This document shows positions 22,565-32,947 of a DNA stretch of 64,000 nt, one piece after another; within the stretch, counting starts at the first letter, position 1, and every line of letters starts with the position of its first letter. The notes below the pieces were generated by a model. That model searched no databases. It was given only the letters and a program-made list of their open reading frames with translations, and was not told the DNA's origin. The position numbers and the translations under genes are program-made. Source of the stretch: Diplonema japonicum (lineage: Eukaryota; Protista; Euglenozoa: Diplonemea); assembly GCA_964019335.1 (NCBI GenBank), contig OZ025735.1, forward strand, positions 248,001-312,000, in the 5' to 3' direction.

Positions 22565-25500
22565 ATCGCCCTCTGAAAGCCGGAGCCCGAGGAGCCCAAG
22601 ACCGTTGCTTCTAAGTGCGAAAGCACGTCCTTTGAAGGAGGGTGTTCAAGTATGAACAACCACCAAAAAAAAAAAAAAAAAAAAAAAAAAACCTCCCAAG
22701 CAGGTGACGCAGGAGAACTGCAGCACAATGTTTCGCATCAACTACGCCGACCTCGAGGTGGAAACACGGAAACGGAAGTACGGCGAAGACGGATCAGCAA
22801 GAGGCACGAGAACAGCAGAGGCAGACGCACTCCGACGAGTCCTAAGGATGCAAAGGGGAATGCAAAAGGCCACACCGTCAACATACGATCAAACACTAAA
22901 CAGAGATATTTCCGACCTCTGCGCGCCCATCCAACCAGCTCAGAAGAAAGGTGTCGTGTGCATCCCCGAAACTCTTGATTCAGACGAGTCGGGAAGCGAC
23001 GAATCTGTATTCGCAGAATTCGGCAGAATGACACAACACACCCAGCAAATGGTAATGTCAGGCGGTGCAACGCAAGTCATGAAACAAGACAGTCTTTCAT
23101 CAGTCACGGTTTCGCAAAAACCGCTTGCTTTGAAGTGTCAAAAGCCTGTTGATGCCGTACGCACCATAATACAGCACACCCTGCGGGCAAGAGGTTTAAT
23201 GGAAACAATCATCGACACTGCACAACAAGCCACAGAGTCCTCTCCTTTGCAGAAAGGCTCGCACGCCAGACGGGCCGTTCTAAGCCTGGTTCAACGTGTT
23301 TTTGTCTCATGTCTTCTAAAGAAACTCGGGCTTACATACCAGCAGTACTCCGCCAATGTCGAACAGGCAAAAGACGCGAAGGAGCCGTCTGTTCCTTGGT
23401 CTGTTCTCTACTCGCCGTCTTCATCGCACGAAGCTGTCTCGCCCTGCCCGTTGGTATCGACGGCACCGCCTTCTGCTTTAATCCGGGCTTACTTGGTCAA
23501 CTGGCGGAACCATCTGGTTCCTGATGATAAGAAAGTACTCGGTACAATCTCAACCATGTCGGCATCAGTTGTATTGCTGTGCGGGGCGATTGCAGCAGGG
23601 GTGGTTGATTGGTACACATCGTCGGTGATGGTTTTGCAAAAAGTCGGGAGGAGATATATTGAGTTCAAACCGAGGCTGAAAAAGAAACGAGGCCGACCCA
23701 ACACCGGGAAGAAAAAACCGCCTTCAACAGCACAAGCGGAACGAAAAGCAAGAAACAGCTACCACAAAGACAAAGATTCTATTGAAAGCTTCAGCGACAC
23801 CGAAGAATCAACAGAAGACGCAATGGAAGATGACATCGAAGCAGGGCTCATCGTGTACGGGAAAAAAGGTGTCGGGAAGACCGCAGCTATATACGCGGCG
23901 GCATCGGAAGCAGGGTACACAGTTGTCGAAATAAACTGCAGCAAACGACGGACGAGGGATTCATTGTTCAGTGCTTTCCGAGACGCTGTTCAATGCCGGT
24001 TAGTAGATGCAACGAATGACAGCCCTGTCCCAACAGTTGAAACGGTTATCGTTGATGATGATGGCGACGATGAGTCACCTTCACAATGGAGACGGAAACG
24101 CAAGATTCGTTCATCACCGTCGGCGTCGCCGCCGAAGAAAAAATCGCTTCTCAACAGCAAGCCCATCATCTCGACACCCAAGGCAGCGCGGTCCGAATCA
24201 CGAGGCGACTCAATTCTCATTCTTTTCGAAGGACCCGACACAGTTTTCGACGACGAGGTCGGGTTCTATTCCGCGGTACGATCGTTGATAACCGAAGCAA
24301 AATGCCCCATTATCCTATCCTGTTCGGCGTTGACTCAAGGCCTCCGCGACCTCCGATGCCCGGTGGTACAATTCAATGTCGGTTGTTCAAAACTCCAGAA
24401 TTTACCAAACGTCGGGTCGTACCCCGATTTGGACCCGAACGTGTGGCCGGGGTTCCCACCGTCATCCCACTCTGTCCCGACTCTCGGTCTCGGGATATCC
24501 GTTATGATACAAATAATTCTTCTTGCGGAAGGTTACAAAATCGCATCGCCGCAGGTCAGATCGTTGATTCTGTCCTACGGGACGGATATCAGAGCCATGG
24601 TCAACGCGTGTCAAATGTGGTTTCAAGGAACAGCGGTCCCAATGATCCATCAGATATCGAACAACGCGGAGGTTCTAATCCCGGTGGAAGCCACCGTCCG
24701 TCAGGTAGCATCAGCGTCTGTTGGTGTTCAATGGGGTTGTTCCAATGCGCTCGGCGATATGATTGAAGGCTTCGGCACACCGAACGGGAGCAGTTATCTC
24801 ACCGGGAGTACCATGCTAACGAACGCAGGAGATATCGCGTGCGGTGAGGTCATCATGAATAACTATCTGAGGTGTTTGACAGAAGACACATTGGCACCAA
24901 AGGTACCGTTATGCCACGATGGATTCCTAACACCTCCTAAAGCGGGTTTTAACAGAACGCTCTCGAACTGTTCAGACGCATCAGAAATTCTGTTCCCCAA
25001 CGCAATTGAAAAAGCAGGATCTCCTGGTGAAACCTCGGAAGAACCAACTCCAACCGTTGGTGTCCGACATGGCGCACGAGTACACCCTGTCAAAATCGGA
25101 CTCACCACAGATTGTGAAAACATCAAAGTTTGCTCTCAAACAGCTGTTTTCTACAGTTTCTGTGATACATGGCGAACCGGGTATATGCAATCGCAATTTG
25201 AAGATTTGACAAATGAAGGTCTTGTGCAGGAGGATGACATTCGGGATGGTGCTTGGTGGAGACGGGACGCGTTGAACATCGATTGGCTTTGCAACAATAT
25301 GATGGCGAACAGCTTGAAGGCACTTTTAAGAGCCCCAAATGCTTTGAGTCGATCTGATGTCGCCGCCATGTTCAGATCACCTGGGTTGTTGTCTTTTAGT
25401 GATGCGTTTTGTAAGTCGGTGTGGAGGACCGCTGTCATCTCACATCCGAACACGCATATTGAGCTTCAGGTTCGAAATTCTGTGAAGTTTTTTAATGGGC

Positions 25501-25742
25501 GGTTTTTCTTCCCTGCGCACGCGGAGAGGAAGAAGGAGGCGCACCATAGGCTTCAGGCTTTGATCTCGTACCCCGATCGGCACTTCTTCATGACAACGGC
25601 CATCCTTATCTATGCAAGCGCGCTTCGGGAGAATGTTTCAAAAACGTTGAACAGGCTTCGAAGTTTTATCCCTGAAGAGGAATGGACTGTTATCTTGGGC
25701 AATCCTTGCACGCATAGGCTCAAGAAGGTCAACAGAGAGTAA
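22269..25742 (+). CDS. ATAD5: ATAD5/ELG1-like RFC large subunit AAA+ ATPase (1100 aa); 5' introns 22322-22399, 22524-22562, 22650-22703
   Basis: LIVYGKKGVGKTAAIYAAASEAGYTVVEINCSKRR and ILILFEGPDTVFDDEVGFYSAVRSLITEAKCPIILS are typical of ELG1/ATAD5. Spliced N-terminus has a PIP-like QRSILNML. Confidence 0.8.
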
Positions 25743-26133
25743 AATTACGTTAGAGATTTAGACTTTTTATTTTTTATTTATTTTTTTTTTTTTTGAGATT
25801 TTTTTTTTTGTAATCACGGAAAACAAGAAGAAAGGGAGAAGGAAGGGAGAGAGAAATGGTAAGAAGGGAAAAAAAAAAAGAAGAACGAAAAAAAAAAAAA
25901 AAAAAAAAAAAACTTACCCCCGTTTCCCGTTTCCCCCTGTACGTATGACGACGATTTTTTTTTTTTGTTTTTTTTTTTTTCATTGGAAAAAATCTTTTTT
26001 TTTTTGACTACATTTTTTTTTTATCCCATTGTCTTTTTTTTCATTTTCTTTTTGGAAATTGTTTCCACCCCCCCCCAAAAAATAGAACATAAAAAAGGAG
26101 GAGGGAGGGAGGGAAGGGGAGGGGGATTGGACA

Positions 26134-29100
26134 ATGTCGACCAATCAAAGCCCCGGCCCTGACCGGCTGCATCATTTCATTGGGCAGATGTCCCACGAGA
26201 ACGTGGGCATAAGGGAGCGGTCAGTGAAAAACATCTTCAGCAAATTGAAACACGGCATCGTAGCGAAGGAGGACGTCGCAACAGATTCGTCGCTGATGAA
26301 AAACCTGCTGGAATTCTTCAAGCGGGAAGGAAGCAGCGGCGAGGTAACAGAAAAAGCACTGGACATGCTGCTAGATTTCACTCGCCACCACGTGAGCGCA
26401 AGATCGCTGATCCGAGAAGGCGGAGTACAATGTCTAGAAGAGTTCAGGGGGAGTACCCCAGCCATGTACCAGCCTCATGTGGATGCAGCTCTGAAAAACC
26501 TTCTATCGATCAAAGTCACGAACACTGCAACAATATATGAGGAGGAACTCCACACCGCAGGGCAACTAAAACTCCAAAGAAATCGGGAAGAGCAAGAAAA
26601 AGAATCAGAAAGGCTTAAGCTCCGCCTCCGTGACAGGATCCGATGCAAGCGCCCGACTTCAGGTGAAATCTTCTTCTCAGATCTGCGTGCGAAAATCGGG
26701 CATTCCAACCCCGACCTTGCCCTGCAGGCTTCTGCGAAGCTTAAAATGTACGTTTCAAACCAAATATCAGTAGAAACCTGGATCGAAGAGAGCAATGTGT
26801 TAATAGAAATCTGCGATATGTTTCCCATCATCAGCAAGAGATGCCGGGGGACAGAACTCGACACACGGATCCTGGAAAACCACGTGGGGACCTTGTCATG
26901 CGTGGCCCGCAGCCTTTTAAGAAAAACCCCGTCACGAACCGAAGACAAGGTAGAGGGGCTCATCATTCTGATAACTACGTCTCTCGCCTCGTCATTGGTC
27001 AGTTTAGAGGGTATCATCCACAGTGCAACAGCGAAGGTTATGCTTGAAATAGCACCGCTGTTGTCGTCCGAACACATTTCTTCGTCTGCTGTCATGTCGC
27101 ACCTTGCGGCGATCCTCACGAATGTATCCGCTTCTCTGACAGAGTCTATTGAACGAGAAGGCTGTGGTGTATGCTCCCCAGCCTCGCTTCTTGATCTCCG
27201 ACTGTTCATGTCTTTGTTGCGTTCTGCAGCATCGCACGGCAAGGCTGGCATCGATGCGCTTTGCGAACCTGCAAACGAATCCTTTCAACTCCTCCTCAAA
27301 CAGCTGACAGACGCGTCCAGCAACGACGCTGTCATTTTGAACGAGCGGTACCCTCGTTTATACAAACAGTTGTATGAAGCACGTCGACATTGCTACGGGG
27401 AGGAAGAGGTTGTTGGGTGTCTTGCCGGTGATGAAGAAACTGCGTTCAAACTAACTGTAGGCGATGCAAGGGTAGTACATGGTGCTGTGGGGCTGAGCAC
27501 GAGCACGATGGTTTGTCTCGATGCTCTGTCTGCAGTGGGCGCTTTAGCACGTGCATCGCCTGATTCATGGCATCACGTTGTGCAGATAGAAGGGTTCGCC
27601 CCGTTTTTCCGATTCCTTCAAGCCCCTGCTGGGAACAAATCCGACGCGGCTTGTGTTGAAGCCGTGTGTGGATGTCTTGAAGAATGTCTCGAGGCGTCTC
27701 TTGTTGCCCCCGATGCTCTTGGTCAGCTTGCCGTCGTCATCGAGCAGCACCTCATCCCGATACTTTTCGATGTTGCATCTCGCGAGAGAAATGAAATGGA
27801 CGCACCGCACCATAAGCACTCTTACTCTTACATCCACCACGAGACTGTTTGTTCCTGTCTCAGTCTGATCACTTCTGCTCTGGCGTCGCTTGCTTCGTCG
27901 GGTCATGCTTCCCGTGTTGCCCAGCTTGCTACCAATACCCACCTTCTCAATCACCTCTGGTCTTTGTTCTTGCAGCCTGCCACCCAGTTCCCCCCGAGAC
28001 AGCCTCGGTCGTCGCTTGAGTGGTGCGTGACGGATGGGATCCCGTCGCACCTCATCAAGCTCACGAGCGAGGCGTTAAAACTGGCCACGGTTGTGCTGAA
28101 CGTTGTGCTGACCTTCCCGTCAGGGAGCACCCCGGAGTGCGTGCAAGACGCGCAGAGCATTCTTCTCAGCAGCCTTAGCTTTATCGAGGCTAACTCTTCC
28201 GAAGAGGCCTTTGTCCTTAGCAAGTGCGGGATCTTCCACAACCGATGGGTGTCTGCAGCAATAGTATCCGGAAGCTACCTGTCCAGCATGGGTGTGGAAT
28301 GGACAGTTGGCGGAGCCATGTGGGGGCTTCGGCGGTCTTGGCCAGGGGGTTTTTACATATTGATGTCTCTTGTGTTTAAAGAATGCGAAGATGTAGGCGA
28401 GGTCGTTGAGAAGTACCCCAAAGCAGTGGCGGACGCTATCGCAGCTGTCACCGAGGGCGCGGCTTGTGCCTGTGAAGCTGCGGCGTTCCTCTTGACGCTT
28501 GTGTTGCGTATGAACGCGACCACAACAACGCTCAGCCCCGAAGCCCTCGCAGCGAAGGCGGTCCTTGAAGAAAGCCTGCGGCCTTCTCTCTTCGACACGC
28601 TTCCCAAACTCGTACACAGGCCACGGGCACTATCAGCATGCTTAGCTCTTTGCTTGGCGATGACACGAGCTTCCGGTGACCTAAGCCTTATATCCATAAC
28701 AAGCCGCCCAGGACGTGTTGGTGTGTGGAAGCTAATTGTAAAGGAAGCCTGCAGCATTCTGGCAAGCGTTGCGGATGCTGTACCGAAGGGGCGTGTTAAT
28801 CTGACTGCTGGGGAACTGAAAGACGAGGTCGTCGAGCTCAGGGAAGCTCTGGAATGGTGCAGAGGGTTGTGGGAGCTCATTTTGCTGGGAAGCGAGGCCC
28901 ACGGAGATTTAGCGGCTGCCTTGATCGAGTCGGAAGTGCAGATCACGCGTCTAGCGGTCGAATCGTTACGAGTGGCAGCACGCCAGACGCTTCACGTCAA
29001 GATATTGTCAGAATCTCTGCGGCATGACCCGTGTTCGGGGGACATCCTGAAGTGCGACGTCCTTGTTAGTGAGATCGCGTCTCTTTCAACGTACTATGTG

Positions 29101-30549
29101 AGCAACGTGTGCGGCGACACCAGCTTGTACCTGAGAGCCGCCACGTTGCGAGCGGAAGGAACGATTCGCCAGATCGTTTCCAGCTGCGAGGACATAGTGT
29201 GCGACACTGAAAACACAGCCGCTGTCCGCGCCATTCCGTGTTGCCTGCTAGCAACAGCGATTCAAGTCGACGGCGAGACGTGGTGTCGCAGCATGCCGAA
29301 CGAAGGGAGAAACATGATTTCAGGGTTGTTATCAATCCTCAACACCCCTGGGATCACAGACCGCGACTCTCGTGCTCTGCACGACGCCATTGGAGCAGTC
29401 ATGTCAGGGTGCATAGGGTGCAAGGAACATGTCTTGACCACGGACCAATATTCAAGTTGGGTCGACACGCTTGACAGCACGAGAACGTTAAAAGGAAAGC
29501 CTTCCGACTCACTGTTGCTCGACGCCTGTACCTTGCTGATCAATCTGTTGCATAACCACCCGGCAGTGGAGGGGGAGCCTCTCTGGGTTATTCGATTGGG
29601 CAGAGCAGTGCGGCCGTTGCTAGCTACGTACATGAAGCATCTTCAAATGCCAAGGAAGGGAGGTAGCTATCGGGTGTTGTCGCGGTTGCTGGACCTGACG
29701 AAATCGTATCTGTTGCTTGGGTGCAGTCAGGAGCACAAGGTTCTGTTCAAGGACCTGGTCAAGCTGTTCTTGCAGTTCTTCAAAACACCGAATCAGAAAC
29801 CGGCAACCCTCGCAGGGGTGGATGAGGTCTTCGCGTGTCTGTCATGCTGCGGCCCGCAGCCCAAGCTGCTTGAACTCGTCCCGACGCAAACTCGAACAGA
29901 GCTCATGGACAAATGGGGGGAAACCCTCTGGGGCCTCATCGGCCTCCCCGCCGCCGCTAGTGACGAAACGTCAGTTTTCATGTCAATCTTGTTGAAGTGC
30001 TGCGCTAACGTCGCTCTCTCCGAAATGGGACGAGAGTACCTTCCGAGAATCAATGACTTCTGGGAAGGCTTTTTGCACGTCATGAGGATGGAAGGATCAC
30101 CGAGGGTCGAGGCGATGCTCTTACTGCGAAACCTCTCCTTCAAGGGCCTCAACAAGGCTACAATGAGCCGTGACAGGCGTATTGTAGATATGCTGCTTGA
30201 GGTATATTCTGGGGAAGGGAAAAAAAAAAAAAAAAAAAAACTTTTTGTGCAGATTCTCCGTGCCACTGATGCATCCCTCGTGACAGTGCACCTTAAATGG
30301 CTTGCCACCTCCACCCTTTGGTCTCTTCTCTATCATCACGAGAAGGCCAAATCGAACCTCCGACAGTTTTTGACCTGTGAGGCTCTGTCTCCCATCAGAA
30401 CGCTCCTCCAGCACCACTTTTCTTTAGAAAAGGCGACCCAAGAAAGAGTCCTTCTGGGAAACAACTCGCCAACGCCCCCCTCCCCAATCCCCGCAATGCT
30501 AGAAGAAATCCTAGAGCATTTGTCCTTCATAGATAGCTTGCTTCAGTAG
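26134..30549 (+). CDS. RTTN: Rotatin-like ARM-repeat centriole protein; in-frame intron 30202-30252
   Basis: N-terminal HENVGIRERSVKNIFSKLKHGIV...LMKNLLEFF matches the rotatin N-terminal domain; C-terminal LLLRNLSF...NK and ATSTLWSLLYHHEKAK. Confidence 0.8.
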   Translation: MSTNQSPGPDRLHHFIGQMSHENVGIRERSVKNIFSKLKHGIVAKEDVATDSSLMKNLLEFFKREGSSGEVTEKALDMLLDFTRHHVSARSLIREGGVQCLEEFRGSTPAMYQPHVDAALKNLLSIKVTNTATIYEEELHTAGQLKLQRNREEQEKESERLKLRLRDRIRCKRPTSGEIFFSDLRAKIGHSNPDLALQASAKLKMYVSNQISVETWIEESNVLIEICDMFPIISKRCRGTELDTRILENHVGTLSCVARSLLRKTPSRTEDKVEGLIILITTSLASSLVSLEGIIHSATAKVMLEIAPLLSSEHISSSAVMSHLAAILTNVSASLTESIEREGCGVCSPASLLDLRLFMSLLRSAASHGKAGIDALCEPANESFQLLLKQLTDASSNDAVILNERYPRLYKQLYEARRHCYGEEEVVGCLAGDEETAFKLTVGDARVVHGAVGLSTSTMVCLDALSAVGALARASPDSWHHVVQIEGFAPFFRFLQAPAGNKSDAACVEAVCGCLEECLEASLVAPDALGQLAVVIEQHLIPILFDVASRERNEMDAPHHKHSYSYIHHETVCSCLSLITSALASLASSGHASRVAQLATNTHLLNHLWSLFLQPATQFPPRQPRSSLEWCVTDGIPSHLIKLTSEALKLATVVLNVVLTFPSGSTPECVQDAQSILLSSLSFIEANSSEEAFVLSKCGIFHNRWVSAAIVSGSYLSSMGVEWTVGGAMWGLRRSWPGGFYILMSLVFKECEDVGEVVEKYPKAVADAIAAVTEGAACACEAAAFLLTLVLRMNATTTTLSPEALAAKAVLEESLRPSLFDTLPKLVHRPRALSACLALCLAMTRASGDLSLISITSRPGRVGVWKLIVKEACSILASVADAVPKGRVNLTAGELKDEVVELREALEWCRGLWELILLGSEAHGDLAAALIESEVQITRLAVESLRVAARQTLHVKILSESLRHDPCSGDILKCDVLVSEIASLSTYYVSNVCGDTSLYLRAATLRAEGTIRQIVSSCEDIVCDTENTAAVRAIPCCLLATAIQVDGETWCRSMPNEGRNMISGLLSILNTPGITDRDSRALHDAIGAVMSGCIGCKEHVLTTDQYSSWVDTLDSTRTLKGKPSDSLLLDACTLLINLLHNHPAVEGEPLWVIRLGRAVRPLLATYMKHLQMPRKGGSYRVLSRLLDLTKSYLLLGCSQEHKVLFKDLVKLFLQFFKTPNQKPATLAGVDEVFACLSCCGPQPKLLELVPTQTRTELMDKWGETLWGLIGLPAAASDETSVFMSILLKCCANVALSEMGREYLPRINDFWEGFLHVMRMEGSPRVEAMLLLRNLSFKGLNKATMSRDRRIVDMLLEVYSGEGKKKKKKKLFVQILRATDASLVTVHLKWLATSTLWSLLYHHEKAKSNLRQFLTCEALSPIRTLLQHHFSLEKATQERVLLGNNSPTPPSPIPAMLEEILEHLSFIDSLLQ

Positions 30550-30625
30550 TGTTTTTTTTTCTTCTTTTTTTTCTTTTTTTTTTTTCTTTTTTTATATGGT
30601 TTCCTTCCCCTCCCGCAATTGTGTA

Positions 30626-30656
<31 letters not shown>

Positions 30657-30711
30657 TTCTTTTTTTTTATCAGTTTTCTGTTTTTCGATTTTTCAAAGAA
30701 ATCTTAAAGAT

Positions 30712-31575
30712 ATGGAGAGCTCCGAGATAACATTGTTATGCCCAAAGGGCGCAATCCAGTGGCCGGTGTGGCCTAGACAAGGCAGCCCACCAAGAAGGAC
30801 AGTAGGAGTAAAGAAGTTAACGAATGCCGAAAAGATAATGGAGAAGCTGATAGCAATCGCAGACGAACAACAGGTTGCCGAGAAGAAGAGTGCGGTGTAT
30901 TCCAACAATGTTAAGGTGAAAACGCCTTCTTTGATGGGGAAAACACCACTGCGAAATAACCTAACGAGGAGCTTTGAGTCGAGAAGGGTGTGTCGCGGCC
31001 CTACGTGGAAATCCAACAGAGAGGAAAATTTTGTACTGGAGGACCGCCCCCTGCCTGACGTTGTGAAAAAGAAGAAGACTAAACCCGAGTCCTCAAAGCA
31101 CAAGAGGCAGCTCCTCTCAAACGGGCAAAAGTGGGATAAACTCTTTACAATATACAGATCATTCGGAAATGTCGATTCTGGCGACCTCTCTGCAATAGAA
31201 ACCTTGGTTCTCCGTGCTTACCTCTTCGATGGAGACCATGTGAAGTCAGCAATGCAGCACCTTCGCAATGCTGGTGATGGTGGTATCTCTTGGGATTTTT
31301 TTGCTGTATGTTTTGCGTGGCCTTGCTTGTCCCCATCACGGTCGCACCTTGCCACCCTTGCGTCTCACTGGGGGCACTTCAAGACGCTCTCCTTAACAGG
31401 GTTTGTAAAATTCCTGGCACGTTGTGTTGGCACCCCTCCGTCTCCCAGCACCGCCCGCAGCCTCTATAACACGTCGGCTTTATACTGCTGTGCAAAGCTC
31501 ACAAAAGGTGTGGACTTCCCCTCCGCGGTGTGCGGGTGCTATTCGTGGGCCGTGGAAAACGGTGTAGTTGAATAG
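30712..31575 (+). CDS. Hypothetical protein
   Basis: ORF from ATG 30712 after a poly-pyrimidine tract; possible degenerate EF-hand-like C-terminal half; no firm motif. Confidence 0.6.
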   Translation: MESSEITLLCPKGAIQWPVWPRQGSPPRRTVGVKKLTNAEKIMEKLIAIADEQQVAEKKSAVYSNNVKVKTPSLMGKTPLRNNLTRSFESRRVCRGPTWKSNREENFVLEDRPLPDVVKKKKTKPESSKHKRQLLSNGQKWDKLFTIYRSFGNVDSGDLSAIETLVLRAYLFDGDHVKSAMQHLRNAGDGGISWDFFAVCFAWPCLSPSRSHLATLASHWGHFKTLSLTGFVKFLARCVGTPPSPSTARSLYNTSALYCCAKLTKGVDFPSAVCGCYSWAVENGVVE

Positions 31576-31771
31576 ATGGTTTATAGGAGGAGTTAAAAAA
31601 GGTTTTTTTAAGGGGGGGGGGAAACAGAAAAGCTTCCGCTTTTCGTCTCCCTGATTATCCCCTATGTTTTTTTTTTTCCTTCTTGAATTGGTACCCCATT
31701 AAATTTTATTCATCAACACTACAGCATAGCGATCCAAGAAGAAAAAAAAAACAAAAAAAAAAAGAAAAAAA

Positions 31772-32765
31772 ATGGGAAGGGGAACACGACACTCAAAGAG
31801 TTGTCAGATTAAACCGTACTTTACGTACGATGAGAGGAATTCAAGTATGATTTTTTTTTTTTTTTGACCACACCCCTCAATTCAACCCCCACCACTAGGG
31901 AACAACGTCTATCGGGGATTGGGGACCTCCCGAATGGCTTTGGACGAGTCCAGCGGGACGATGACAGTAAGAGTGGGGACGGATTCTCAAAAGCAGTTCA
32001 ACGCGTGCTGGTTGTGCAACCAGCGTGCAGTCACACCGGTTGTAACCGACAAAGGGCTGCTGTACTGCCGAACCTGCATCATAGAAAACATGGGCGAACA
32101 AAAGAAAGAATACAAACGCAAGCAGAAGGCGTGGGAAGAGCAGGAAGCCATGAAGGCAAACAAGAAGAACGACACAGAGTCCACAAAGCAGGTCTTAAAA
32201 GAAGAGGCCTCAAAGCGTATGGAAGACGCAATCCTACCCACGTCGGGCATTCAAATGGCAAAGGAAATCGAAGCGAAGGAACAGCTTCTCCAGAAAACCT
32301 CTGAAACAGAAAACCAAAAGGCGCAAACCATGAACTCATTCTGGGTCGCAGCCAATGCTCCGGAATGGTCGAAAGCCGACCTGGAAAAACCCGATCCCGC
32401 GCTGAAATGCCCGTTCAGCAAGAAGCCCTTGAAGCTGAAGAAGCTCCGCGAGGTCAAATGGAAGGAATCTCGAACAGATCCAGGCACCTACATGTGCCCC
32501 ATTTCCAGCACAACCTTCAAAAACGGGATCCCGATCTGCATCCTCCCAGACGGGCAAGCGGTCTCCAAATCGGGGTTGGAAAAATGCTGGGAAAAGGCCA
32601 CAGAAACTACGTATATCTGTCCCCTGTCCAGCGAGACGTGTTTAAAGTCAAATGTCATCAACCTCGCGAAGTCGGGGACGGCCTTCGCGGCATCGACAGC
32701 CGGGCAAGACATCGGCAGCACAGAGGCGAAACAATACAGGCACAGTCTGACCATGGCGATTAGCT

Positions 32766-32767
<2 letters not shown>
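31772..32767 (+). CDS. NOSIP: NOSIP-like RING/U-box spliceosome-associated protein (313 aa); intron 31845-31898
   Basis: Spliced N-terminus TRHSKSC...FTYDER; RVGTDSQKQFNACWLC...PVVTDKGLLY; SFW...; CPFSKKPLKLKKL; YMCPIS; GTAFA. Confidence 0.88.
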
Positions 32768-32809
<42 letters not shown>

Positions 32810-32947
32810 AACATATTCCCCCACCCCCCCCACCCCACCCCACCTGGAAAAAAAAAAAAAAAAAAAAAAAAAAACATAAGTTTTAAAAAGGAGGGGAGGG
32901 GAGGGGAGGAAACATAATTTCTTTTTTCTCTCTCTTTTCCAAAAAGA